A stretch of 64,000 nt of DNA from the human T2T-CHM13v2.0 reference genome, Homo sapiens: NCBI RefSeq assembly GCF_009914755.1, contig NC_060941.1. The stretch is one strand, 5' to 3'. The position numbers and the translations under genes were made by a program. A model generated the notes under the pieces. It was not told the origin of the DNA. It made no database searches and was given only the letters and a program-made list of their open reading frames with translations. Numbering within the stretch: position 1 is the first letter of the stretch; the number at the start of each line of letters is the position of its first letter. Below are positions 35,239 to 48,935 of the stretch, piece after piece.

Positions 35239-36113
35239 CTAATGCAGATACTTGAACTAATTATCTATCTAAAGGGTCCTGGTCTAGGGATTGTTCTCAC
35301 AACTGCCTTGGTAGCTTTAGTACAATGCCCCGTTTAGTGTTCCCTGACACAATTGCTTTATCTGTATGAGGAAACGGAGTAAAGACTACATTTTATCTGG
35401 TAATGGAGAAGTTCTATGATCCCAAGTCCATATAGGTTTATTATGGATTCACCGTATTAGTGTTTTTTAAGTTTTTAAAGAAGTGTGATGCCCTCATTTT
35501 TTTCACTCACACATTAATGCATTTTCTTATTTATTCAACAAGTCTTTATACAGAACCTACTATGCTTCAGGCACTGTATGAAGTCCTGGAGATATAGTGG
35601 TAAGCAAGAATGGCATGGTCTGGGCCCCCTTAGAATTTGCAAGTGAGAGACAAAATTAAACAAATGGTCTCCATGGAAGCAAACAAAGCAAGTTCAAATG
35701 GGGCAAGCCCAGGGCTTTCTTCTGCTGACTGCTCCTGGATGTTCTGCCCAATAGCCTAAGAACACAGTTAGTAGGTCCTGGACTAAGTCAGGGATAACAA
35801 TAGATTGTCTATGATTCCTCATATGGAAAGTAAAAACAAACGTAAAATGAAATTCACCTCCAAGTCCCTCCTCCTGCTCGACTGCCCCAGAGAAAATGCA
35901 CCAAACCTTAAGTGTGCAAACACACTTAAGAATAAGGAAATTCATTATTTCATTTAGTCCTCAAATTAGGGCTGTGAAGTTAAGTGCCATGATTCTCTCC
36001 ATTTCAAAGATACAGAACCTGAGACCTTAGGGAGGTGAAGCTCACCTGGCCAGGATGGGAGTAAGATGGAGTTTACAAATAGGGTGGGGAGGAGGAAGCT
36101 TTGGGGCATGACT

Positions 36114-36313
36114 CTTTTGAGACAGGGTCTCACTTTGTCACCTAGGGTGGAGTGCCGTGGCATGATCTTGGCTCTTGGCTTACTGCAACCTCCGCCTCCT
36201 GGGTTCAAGGGATCGTTCCACCTCAGCCTCCCAAGTAGCTGCGACTACAGGTGCATGCCACCACACTTGGCTAATTTGTGCTAGGATTACAGGCATGAGC
36301 CACCGTGCCTGGC
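36114..36313 (-). mobile_element. Alu with most of the left arm deleted
   Basis: Right arm joined to the terminal ~35 nt of the left arm. Confidence 0.8.
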
Positions 36314-36598
36314 ATCTCTTGATTTTACTGAACAGTGCTGGGCTGGAGGCTTCCAGTGACTCTCCAGACAGACCCCTGTGGTTCTGGAGACTCTGCCACT
36401 GCCCCTTATCTTTCCTCCCCATGGCGCACACGGATTTGATGGCTCTAGGTGCTAAAAACTCTGGACTCTAGAACTCAGCTAAGGAATTGCAGAGCTGATG
36501 GGACAGTGGAAATGTGGGCAACGTGTCCGAACAACCCACAGCCCTGCCTCCTCCTCCCCAGACTGACCAATGACCCTAAGCCCTGAATGGATTTTTCC

Positions 36599-37098
<500 letters not shown>

Positions 37099-39467
37099 TG
37101 ACATTAAGGCCTCCAGGAGAGTCATTGAAAAGTCTGTGAGGTCTGCTAATTCTATTGAGAGTGAGGAATGTGTTTATTCTTCCAAGGGGCAAAGATCCCC
37201 CACTCAAAATGACGCTGCCACATTGTGTAACCAGGAACGTGGGTTGTTGCTGATGTAAACAGATGGCCAGGGGTGGACCTGCCAGGATCCCGGGTCTCCT
37301 TTTCCCAGAGGTGTTTCTTATGAATGGTTGTGCCCAGTGAAGCAATTTCCTGCCTTGTAAACTGCTGCCCACCAAACCACATCTCCTATCTATCGCTGCC
37401 TGGCTCTGGGTCATAAAACAATTCCCCACAAACCAATCAGAGCCTGATTAGGAGACCTTGAGTAACAGGAAAATTACCCTCCACCTGCAGATGTAATGAC
37501 ACTTTGCAAGCTAGTGGCTTTGCAGTTTCTGAACGTAAACATCACATGCTTTACCCCATGCCCCACCTCTGCTCATCTGAGATGTGGGGGCTACATATTT
37601 GATTCTCAGGCCCTGGTTCACTCTGCTGGGGCACCGGCTGACCAGTGACCCATTACCTTGACCTGACACCCTGCAGCCTGGAGAACACATTTCACTCTGT
37701 CAGATCATGATTTACAGAGCCAGGGCAAGAGAAGTTCAGGCAGGGGTCTCAGGCATGCAGAGCTGGGTTGGAGGAATCAATGAGGACAGAGGATTTGGAC
37801 TGAAACACTATGAACTCATTGATTTGGACATTCGCTTTGCATTGTGGGTCTGGAATGCCTCCTCCACTATCCTCTGCTCCCCATTCACCTGGTGAACTGT
37901 CATTCATTCTTCATGACACAGTTTACATATCTACCAAGGAAACTTTGATTGCCATCCAAGCAGAACTTCCTCTATTGTCCTATCAATATTCTTTCTAACA
38001 CCTACACTCTGTAATTGAAATCACTTGCTAAGTTGTCTGTCTCCCCAGCCAGGCTGGGAACTCCTTCAGGGCATTTTAGAATCCCCACCACCCACTACCA
38101 TGCCTGACTCAAAGTCAGTGTGCAAAAGAGGTTTGTTGAATGAGCACTCACACTCAAGTGCAGTGTCTCCCCACTGCACTTACGTGTTTTGCATATTGAA
38201 AATGTACAAAGAACATAGTCAAAGGAATGAAGAACCTGGGTTAGGCTGATAGGCATAACATAAGGTCTTTGTCCTTAAGAAGTTTGCAATCTGATCTTCT
38301 TTCTGTGAATAGTAGGAGTATTTGCAGGTGGTATACAGAAATTGGACCCATGGCTAGGCATAAGTGTTGGGTTTTTCCCCCCTTTTTAGTGCCAGCTCAA
38401 AGCTGAAATGAGTTTGAGAGGTGGCCTGTTTTTCTTTAGCTCTCTCAGTTGTTTTAACTTTGACTTTTAGTTTAGTACTAAACAAGTCACACTTCCAACG
38501 ATCCATAGTAATACACTAGCCATAAAACACCACCCAGGACTGCCATTTTCATCTCTTCTTTCTCCTTATCCCCAGCAATAGAAGTAATACCAATGACTTG
38601 CTTCTTTCTTTGAATCTTGGGAGGCCCCAGAGAGTGATGGTGATAGTGGTGGTGGGAGGTGTGTATTGGGGTCATTTTCCAAACATAAAACTAGTAAACT
38701 CCACGATACACATACACACATTCCCTTATTTGAAGAATATTTACCGAGTGCCAATGTGTGTCAGGTACCAGATGCTGGGGACAAACCAGTGAACAAAACA
38801 CCACATCCCTGCTCTCACAAAACCTATATTCTGGTGGGAGGAAGACAGTGACAGTAGGGAAGGGGCCCATTGTGCTATCTCATGTTGTATTCCTGAATTG
38901 GATGCTAATGATGAACATTTATTGAGCCCTTTCTTATGTACCAGGCAAAGGGCTTTATGCATCTTCTATCTCATTTAATCCCCAGACAACCCCATTTTCA
39001 GGTAAGGAAACATTCAGAGAGGTTAAGTTGCCTTCCAAAGATCTCACAGCTAGTAAGTGGTAGAGTCAGGATTTGAAATCAGATTTGAATTACTCCTTAC
39101 TCTGAGCTCTTAACCACAACTCTATAAGGCAGCAGTAAATATTTACTCGATGAACAAATGAGTAGATAAATGGTTAACCCTAACTACAGTGGCAACCTAT
39201 TGTTTTGTCTCCATGATACAAACATGAGCAACATGCTTGTTTTTCATTGACTTATTGATTCAATTGCCCCAAAGTGTGGTTCCTGAAAGTAGGTTTTGTA
39301 TTGATTAAGAAACAAGTGTCTTTCTTGTTACCATCCATGTTTCCTGGACAAGACAACCTATTTTATGAAAATAATGATGAATTATAATGGAAAAAGTTGT
39401 ACAAAAGAAAGTGTCACCTTAAGTTCTCTTTTCTGGCTTTGAATGTGTGGGTTTGTGATAAAGTCTC

Positions 39468-39930
39468 TGTATTAGGCTGAATAATGACCCCCAAAGATGT
39501 CAGGTCCTAATGCCTCCATCCTGTAAATGTTACATTAAAAGGAAAAAGGGTCTTTGCCGATGTAATTAAGGAAGATTATCCTAAGCAACACAGTGGGCTG
39601 TGAATACAATCACATGTATCCTTATAAGAGGGAGGAAGAGGGAGACTTGACACAGAAGAGAAGGCGATGTGACCACGGAGGCGGAGATAGGAGTGATGTG
39701 GCCACAAGCCAAGAACTGCTGACAGCCAATAGTGGCTGGAAGAATCAAGGTAAGAGTCTCCTAAATTTCGAGCTTCTGGAGTGAGTGACAGCCTGTTGAC
39801 AGCCTGATTTTGGTCCAGTGATACTGATTTTGGACTTCTGGCCTCCAGAACTGTGAGGGAATAAATTTCTGTTATTTAAAGCCACCACATTTTTGGTAAT
39901 TTGTTACAGCAGCAAGGGGGAACTGATAGA
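39468..39930 (+). mobile_element. MLT1 (C/D-like) solo LTR
   Basis: TGTATTAGGCTGAATAATGACCCCCAAAGATGTC start; TTCTGGCCTCCAGAACTGTGAG..AATAAATTTCTGTT and GGTAATTTGTTACAGCAGC end. Confidence 0.85.
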
Positions 39931-40315
39931 ATCTCCTAGAGGAGGAAGCAGTAGGGAAACAAAGTCTTCAGCAGACAGTGCAGGTGATTCAGAAATATTC
40001 ACTCAGTTATCTTTTTGGTCAGGGTGCCCAAAAGAAATCCTATCTTGGAAAGCAAAGTTACCCATGCAAATATGAATCCACCTCCTTCCCCACCCTCCTC
40101 TTTCACGTTTCTCTGCTTTGTTCTTCTTTCTAGTATATATCAACACTCGTATTTTTGTTTATTTAGTGTATATTTAGTATATTGTTTAGTTCTTGTTGGC
40201 TCCCTCCCAGTTGAATGTAAACCCCATAGGGAAGTGACCTTTTATAAACTGCTTTTCTTCCCATGCCTAGAGAAGTATGTAGCGTATAGTAAGCACTCAA
40301 TAAACACTTGTCGAC

Positions 40316-42173
40316 TAATGTGGTTTGGCTCTGTGTCCCCGCCCAAATCTCCTGTCAAATTGTAAATCCCAGTGTTGGAGGTGGGGCCCGGTGGGAGGTG
40401 ATTGGATCATGGGGGTGGTTTCTAATGGTTTTAGCACCGTCCCCCAGTGCTGTCTCGTGCTAGAGTTCTCATGAGATCTGGTCACTCAAAAGTGTGTAGC
40501 ACCCAGTAACCAAAACAGCGTGGTACTGGTACCAAAATGGAGATATAGACCAATGGAACAGAACAGAGGCCTCAGAAATAATACCACAGATCTACAACTA
40601 TCTGATCTTTGACAAACCTGACAAAAACAAGAAATGGGGAAAGGATTCCCTATTCAACAAACGGTGCTGGGAAAACTGGCTAGCCATACGTAGAAAGCTG
40701 AAACTGGATCCCTTCCTTACACCTTATGCAAAAATTAATTCAAGATGGATTAAAGACTTACATGTTAGACCTAAAACCATAAAAACCCTAGAAGAAAACC
40801 TAGGCAATACCATTCAGGACATAGGCATGGGCAAGGACTTCATGTCTAAAACACCAAAAGCAATGGCAACAAAAGCCAAAATTGACAATTGGGATCTAAT
40901 TAAACTAAAGAGCTTCTGCACAGCAAAAGAAACTACCATCAGAGTGAACGGGCAACCTACAGAAAGGGGGAAAATTTTTGCAATCTACTCATCTGACAAA
41001 GGGCTAATATCCAGAATCTACAATGAACTCAAACAAATTTACAAGAAAAAAACGAACAACCCTATCAACAAGTGGATGAAGGATATGAACAGACACTTCT
41101 CAAAAGAAAACATTTATGCAGCCAACAGACACATGAAAAAATGCTCATCATCACTGGCCATCAGAGAAATGCAAATCAAAACCACAATGAGATACCATCT
41201 CACACCAGTTAGAATGGCAATCATTAAAAAGTCAGGAAGCAACAGGTGCTGGAGAGGGTGTGGAGAAATAGGAACACTTTTACACTGTTGGTGGGACTGT
41301 AAACTAGTTCAACCATTGTGGAAGTCAGTGTGGCGATTCCTCAGGGATCTAGAACTAGAAATACCATTTGACCCCGCCATCCCATTACTGGGTATATACC
41401 CAAAGGATTATAAATCATGCTGCTATAAAGACACATGCACATGTATGTTTATTGTGGCACTATTCACAATAGCAAAGACTTGGAACCAACCCAAATGTCC
41501 AACAATGATAGACTGGATTAAGAAAATGTGGCACATATACACCAAGGAATACTATGCAGTCATAAAAAATGATGAGTTCATGTCCTTTGTAGGGACATGG
41601 ATGAAGCTGGAAACCATCATTCTCAGCAAACTATCACAAGGACAAAAAACCAAACACTGCATGTTCTCACTCATAGGTGGGAATTGAATAATGAGAACAC
41701 TTGGACACAGGAAGGGGAACACCACACACCAGGGCCTGTTGTGGGGTGGGGGAGGGGGGAGGGATAGCATTAGGAGATATACCTCATGTAAATGATGAGT
41801 TAATGGGTGCAGCACACCAGCATGGCACATGTATACATATGTAACAAAACTGCACGTTGTGCACATGTACCCTAGAACTTAAAGTATGATAAAAAAATAT
41901 ATATATATATAAAATAAAATAAAACGAAACTACCATCCAAAAAAAAAAAAGGAAGTGTGTAGCATGTCCCCCTTCTCTCTCCTCCTCCTGCCTGCCACGT
42001 AAGACGTGCTTGCTTCCACTTCGACTTCCACCATCATAGTAAGTTTCCTGAGGCCTCCCCAGAAGCAGAAGCCTGTATAGCCCACATAACCGTGAGCTGA
42101 TTAAACCTCTTTTCTTTATAAATTATACAGTCTCAGGTATGTCTTTATAGCAGTGTGAGAATGGACTAATACA
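40316..42173 (+). mobile_element. MST-family (ERVL-MaLR) solo LTR split by the L1PA
   Basis: Starts TAATGTGGTTTGGCTCTGTGTCCCC, ends GGACTAATACA; 5-bp TSD TCGAC/TCAAC; inserted in an L2 3' tail. Confidence 0.9.
40502..41950 (+). mobile_element. 5'-truncated L1PA (L1PA4/5-like): ORF2 C-terminus, 3' UTR, composite tail
   Basis: Open ORF2 frame 40506-41687 including the CCHC motif [18 protein letters not shown]; G-rich 3' UTR; TSD AAGTGTGTAGCA at 40490-40501 and 41953-41964. Confidence 0.95.
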
Positions 42174-42350
42174 TCAACCAAATGAATGTCATGTTACTGA
42201 AGAGCCTGACATCATATTAGGGATATGATAATATCACATTACAGCATAACATACTACTAAGATGCTTCCTAAGGTACCACTTTAAAGAAAAACCAAGATA
42301 CAGCCTATGTTTGTGTAACATTGTTTTTCACTTTCTACAACAGCAGGGTT

Positions 42351-42665
42351 TATTTTTATTTTTATTTTTTATTTTATTTTATTTTTTTTTGAGACAGGGT
42401 CTCGCTCTGTTGCCCAGGCTGGAGTGCAGTGGTGCAATCTTGGCTCACTGCAGCCTTGACCTCCTCAAGCAATCCTCTTGCCTTAGCTTTCTGAGTAGCT
42501 GGGACCACAGGTGCACGCCACCATACCTGGATTTTCTTAATTTTTAGTGGAGACAAAGTCTTGCTATGTTGCCCAGGCTGGTCACAAACTCCAGGGTTCA
42601 AGAGATCCTCTTGCCTTGGCCTCCCAAAGTGCTGGGATTATGGGTGTGAGCTACCACACCTGGCC
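42351..42665 (-). mobile_element. AluJ
   Basis: Diverged full dimer. Confidence 0.9.
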
Positions 42666-43236
42666 AACAACACTAATTTCTATTTCCTACTTTGTTTAGG
42701 GCCCAAATCTTGGAATTATTTTTTATCACTCTTTCTCACATTCTACATCTAAACCAACAGGAAATCCTGGTATCTTCAAATCCTGTACCTTCAAAATACA
42801 GAATCAGATCAGCTCTCATCACCTATGCTTAGATTATGGCAACAACTTCCTGATAATCTCTTTGCTGTCACTGTTGGCACTCCCTTCCCCAAAATCTCAG
42901 CAATCAGAGGGATCCTTTTAAAACAGAAGTCGTATCTTGTCCTTGCTGTATTCAAAATTCTCTGCTGGCTCCCAGCTCACACAAAGTAAAAGCCAAAGTT
43001 CTTACACCAGTTGGCCGAAGTGCTTACAAATGGTCACAAGGCCCTTTGTCATTGTGCCCCTGCACCTGTTTATCTCTGTGAACCAGAACTATCCCTCTCT
43101 CTCTGCTCTAGTGGCTCTGCTATATGTTTCTCTTCCTGCCCCAGGGCCTTTGCACTTGCTATTACCTCTGCCTGGAATGCTCTCCTCCTAGATGTCCATA
43201 TGGCTGACTCAGCAGCCTTAGGGCTCTCAGACGTCA

Positions 43237-43611
<375 letters not shown>

Positions 43612-43613
43612 AA

Positions 43614-43975
<362 letters not shown>

Positions 43976-46900
43976 TAAAATCATCTGACACACACACATA
44001 CACATACATATATTCACACATTTATTTGTTATCTCCCTGACTAGAATGTAGGGTTCATGAAGGTAAGGATTTTTATCTATTTGGTCTACTGATAGATCTC
44101 CAGTGTCTAGAACGATAGTACCTGACATGCAGTAAGTGCCAGTAAGTATTTCTTGAATAAATGAAGGGGAAATATTATTTTGAATTATGTATTTACAAAA
44201 GCAAAGATATACACAGAAGATCTTGTAATGGCTCAGGAAATCAGACATGTTTTCCTTATACTGGTATTTTTTGGTCTTTTTAAAAAATTAGCTTTATCCA
44301 TTTATTACCTTCAACCTTCATAATTAATTGGGGATAATCTAATATATCAGTTCATTAATGATGTCAAGACAATATGGCACAGGAAAGAAATCTTTCTTTG
44401 GGGAATATAACAGTGTGTATCTGGTGAAAAAATAAAAGACGGGGGAAAGAAACATCTTGTTTTTGTGTTGCGTGATCTGTTGGCGTAAACGTACATATGC
44501 AGATCGTGTGAAGCCTGCTTTGGTGTTTCCTGCTTTTGATGTGGTCCCCCTCATATTTGCTTTGCAGGTTCTCCCTTAGAAAGTGTTTTCTCTATAGGCA
44601 TGCACCCAGGAAAAAGGAACGTTCATCCAGGCACGTGCAAAGTCCTGCAAACTCTAAAGATTCATTTGTAAAATAGTCATGTTATAAATCTCGGCAGACA
44701 ATCCAGTATTTGTCCAGCTAGAATGACCTCTGCACCCAGGAGAAGAGGAGGAGGGAGGGGGGTGGGGAGGAAGGGCCTAACAGGCACTTGGTTCAGCTGA
44801 TTGCAATTTCTCATAAATATTCAGCCTGTGTGATGCTGTTGGGATGTGTTTGAAGCATTAAGGCATGGATATGTCATATCTCATTTTCCAGAGCAGCTTT
44901 GGATGGCGTGTTTGAATTAATTCCTAAGTCAAAGGGGACACCTTGACCCTGATTTTCCTTGGACAGAAGTTAGCTCCCACCTCTTCCTGACCCTCACTCT
45001 TCCTTGCTCACTGGATTCCTCCATGATCCCCAACCCACTTTTTAGAACACAAAGCCAGTTTTAGTTCCATCTTCCCAGTGCTCTCTGTGGCCCTCCCACT
45101 CATATAAGATCATCACATTTTATCTTCTTCTTTTCCTAAGGAGGACAAAGACTCTCTCCAGTGAAGCCTTTCTCTTCTCCTCAGGCCTCTCCTTCCTGAC
45201 TCAGCCTTGGTTTACCACTGAGATTTGCCATATACCATACAGAAGAACAAAAACGTTACCAATTATTGGCAGGTTTTTTTTGTTTTTTTGTTTTTTTTTT
45301 AACCAAACGTCAAGTTGGTGATGAAGTTATCTGGAAATGTCAACCAAACCCAGAAGACTACACAAGACTACAGGAGAAGGCACTCTGGGGTGAGATGATA
45401 CTAACACACAATACCCATTGTATATACAGTTCTAAGTGTTTAACATATATTAACCCTCTTACTTCTCAAACAATCTAATAAAGTAGGTACTACCATTATC
45501 ATTCCTGTTTCACATAGCAGGACACTAAGGGCCAGGGAGGTTAAATGGTGGAGTTGGAGATTCTGATCAAGGAATTTTGGCTCCAAAGGTAATTCAAAGA
45601 CTTGCCCCCAACTGTGGGCCAAGAGCTCAGATTCCCTGACTGTCTGCATTGTATTCTTTCTTATCTACCTGAATTCAGCAGCTAACACTGCGTTATCTCT
45701 GCCTTTGGTGGAATACCCCATAACTGGTTAGCATGGAAAAGTTTAATACAGTTTAAGGCGAGTTTTCAGTACTGGTTTTATTTCCTATCCATGGATGTTA
45801 AAATGAAATTTGCCTTCCTCAGGCTCACCCTAGAAAGTGACAGCTGGCTCTGATAAAAATGGAACCATCTGTCTGTGAGCCTGGGGTCAGGGTATGAAAA
45901 GACACCCTGGAGATTGTTGGTCCATCAGGTGGTGGGAGGAAGGTGTGGGGGTTGAAGCTTGCCAATGAATCTTCAGAGTGTGTGATTCCCCTTGGCCCTT
46001 GTATAGCCAGTGGAGGGAGGTCCCTGTTTGATTTAGAAAGGTGAAGCTAACCATCCTTGGGGCTCTCAGTTGCCAGGGTCAGCTGTCTACATATCTTCGT
46101 TCAAATAGGATTTCGTTAGGAAAACTCTCTAGAGACTGTCCCCAACCCAGCCATCCTCCCTCTCTTCCATCTACACCTCTGCCCAGATGACCTGTTAGAT
46201 AAATATGACCTTCTGGGTTTTCAGGGTCTAAATGCAAGATCTAAAATCTATCAAAAGCAGATGCTTGCTTTTCTAGAAACAACACGAGTCCAGATATAGG
46301 GCTTCAATTGGGGCTGGAGCTTGAGGCCTATGTTCCTTTCCTCTTCCCGGAGCTCACAGGAGCCATCCAACAGGACAGCTCAGCTAATGAAAGGGGATCT
46401 TGGCCTCTCTCCATATGCAGTGCTCGGCCTTGTCCTCAGCCCTCCTCAACCCAGTCATGAACTTTTCTCTTCACTGTTTCAATCCAAATTACATTGTTAG
46501 GGGGAGCTAGGAATCAATTAAAGTCAGTATTTCCTTGTCCATCCATTGCTGCTCTGGCCACAGACTAGGTACTCAGTAAATTTGCCCAGCTCACTGAGAA
46601 TTGAATCTCCCACTACAATGGGATTTTGAAAAAATCCATCACTCATGGCCTGGTTAGCACAATCTTTGCTTCCACTTTCATTGGGACATGCTCTGCCTAA
46701 AAGCGAAGAACCACAGGGCAGTAGGCCTATGCTGTTTGGCAAAAAAGGAAACAGCAAAGAAGACAGGTCCATCCTCCTTTCTTCTGGAGTCAGCACTGAA
46801 TTATTTGTGGTAAAGTCCCTGCTGGTGGAGTCTCTGGGCCTTTGGCTTTTTACTGTTTGGACTATTTGTATTCCTTAGCATCCCCACCAGAGAGAGAATC

Positions 46901-47400
46901 TTGGGCAAGAGGTGACGTCCACAAGAGCCCATTCACTTAGTGACTGAGAGCTGTAAGGGAAGGAAAAGGAGGGCAGGAAGAAAGGCTGGAATTAATGCTT
47001 TAAATGAGGCTAAACAATTTACCCGCAGAGTTTTCATTCATCCTACTTTTTGTCTGTTTCTATCACATGTCACCCACCAAGAATTGACTCTATGACTTTA
47101 CCCCTGTGAGTTGCAGGGAAGAAAAGGGTGCTAGCTCCTGCTCTGGCCAGATTCCCTCTGAGCGACTTGTGGAGTCTTACTGGGGGATTCAACTCTTCTT
47201 CACCTCAATCAGCAGTAAAGCCTACACAGACACTGGGAGCATGACGGCAAGAGAAGGCCACCCACCTCTCTACACCCCTAGATGACACACTACAGGATCC
47301 CAGTGGAGTATACAGAAAATTCCAAGGAGACCAGGGGCCAGGGGTTCTCGGTGGAACCATGGCAGGGAAAGTATCAGAGACAGAAATATGAGACTCTGGG

Positions 47401-48341
47401 TAGTGATAAAATAAATTGTTTTAATGGAAGGCTTTCTGAGACTGCAACTTTTTCTTCTGCTATCAAACAGCCAGTTTCCCTGCCCTGGGGTTTCTTAGGG
47501 AGTGCACGGCTGAGCTCCTGGCCCACAGGAAGCTGGCATGTTACTCTGACACACTACATTCAGCCCCTCCAGGGATCCAGAGGTGTGTCTTAATGTCAGG
47601 AGACTGGAGTTAGCTGGTAGTCAGTCCAAGGTATGCTGTCCCCATAAGTGTCCAGGCCCGCGGGAGAGGACAAGGGGCTTCACTTCCCACTTAGGATGTT
47701 TCTCCATGAGGGGAGAGGGGACAGATCACTTTTGAAATTTTGACTCTGACCTTTACAAAGAAAACTAATAGACACTTTAGTATTATATACAGGGCAGAGG
47801 GGAGAGGACACAGAGGGGAAATTGCACTTAATTACAGTAGTTTATAGTTTACAGCCATTGGACAAATTTACTTCTTTAAAAGAAATCTCAAGATCATTTG
47901 GGATGGGGGCAGGGGAGGGAGTCTGTGGATATTTACAGTGTGTTTGGCTCAGTTCAATAGCACATGTCCTTCTCTCCTCATTTCAGTAACAGATTCAAGT
48001 TTTCGCATCAGTTTGTTCGATGAAGGATCACAACATAGACAGTACGGCTTTCTTGCTTCCTCTTCGGAGGTTCCTTGTCTCCCACCTCCAGGACAGACAG
48101 GAGTCCTTGACATCGTGGGAGAGGCATTGTGGCAATACTGCATAGAAGGGAAACTGGGCTTCGGGCTGCGCCTCCTGAGAGTGGATTGTCTGAGGTGCCA
48201 GCAGGACGTCCGTCAGGTAAGCAGGGACCTCTCGCAGGTGCTGGTCAGGTCACTGGGCTTTTCCATGACAGCTGCCCAGAGGGTGATGGTGTGGAAAACA
48301 GGGTCCTTGTTGTTGCGCACGAAGTAAGTGGTGTGTGGGCA
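47401..48341 (-). other. HNF1B: HNF1B 3' UTR (~940 nt)
   Basis: Repeat-free sequence from the stop codon to just past an ATTAAA signal; contains many miRNA seed matches. Confidence 0.85.
47420..47425 (-). terminator. HNF1B: HNF1B polyadenylation signal ATTAAA, cleavage near 47401
   Basis: Plus-strand TTTAAT; U/GU-rich sequence downstream on the minus strand (47361-47395); no AATAAA seen elsewhere in the UTR. Confidence 0.8.
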
Positions 48342-48362
48342 TCACCAGGCTTGTAGAGGACA
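48342..48362 (-). CDS. HNF1B: HNF1B exon 9 coding part (CPLQAW*)
   Basis: (CT)n-GCAG acceptor then TGT CCT CTA CAA GCC TGG TGA, the known HNF1B C-terminus. Confidence 0.96.
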   Translation of the reverse strand, partial: CPLQAW

Positions 48363-48777
48363 CTGCAGAGAGAGAGGAGAGAGGGTGCTCAGCTGTGTCA
48401 TTTGGCAGGGTCATGGGCCATTAGTTTGGCTTCTCTAAGGGAGATGATGCCCAACTCAACCAGCAAAGAGCAGCAGGTGGAGGGCTGGGGGCCTCGTGTC
48501 TGCTCAGTTCTGCAGTTTTCATGCTGAGGCACACTTCCTGCAGGAAAACCCGGGAGCCGGCTTTCCTGGCCACTTCAGAAGAAAGAAGTGAATTGCTGGG
48601 GACCTTGAAGTAGTCTTAACTTGCTGACCTGAATCCTGAAGCTGGGCTCCTCTTTCTGTGACAGTGGCATTTATAGAGTGCTTAGTGTACTTGAAAAGGC
48701 AGCTGGATGGTGAGCTCTTGCCTCTCGTGGAAGCAAGGGTCTCTTCCTAAGACCGCTAAGAGCAGAGGCCTCCTATA

Positions 48778-48935
48778 CTAATGCTTCTCGAACTTTAACG
48801 GACCCACAAGTACCAGAGAGCCTGTGAAAATGTGGATTCTGGTTTAATTCTGACTTGTAGGCCTGGGGTGCACCTAAGAGTCTGCATTTCTAACAAGTTC
48901 CCAGGGTGTGCCAGTGCTGCTCACCTAGGGCAGCA
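48778..48935. mobile_element. MER5-like MITE
   Basis: TGCTTCTCGAACTTTAA..TCTGCATTTCTAACAAGTTCCCAGG. Confidence 0.6.

Noticed and set aside
40827-41687. 286-aa ORF, longest in the window
   Set aside because: C-terminal part of L1 ORF2p in a 5'-truncated copy lacking promoter, endonuclease and RT; an open frame of this length is plausible for a fairly young L1PA
47938-48356. Plus-strand ORFs antisense to the HNF1B 3' UTR
   Set aside because: Non-ATG starts, no promoter or homology; chance frames
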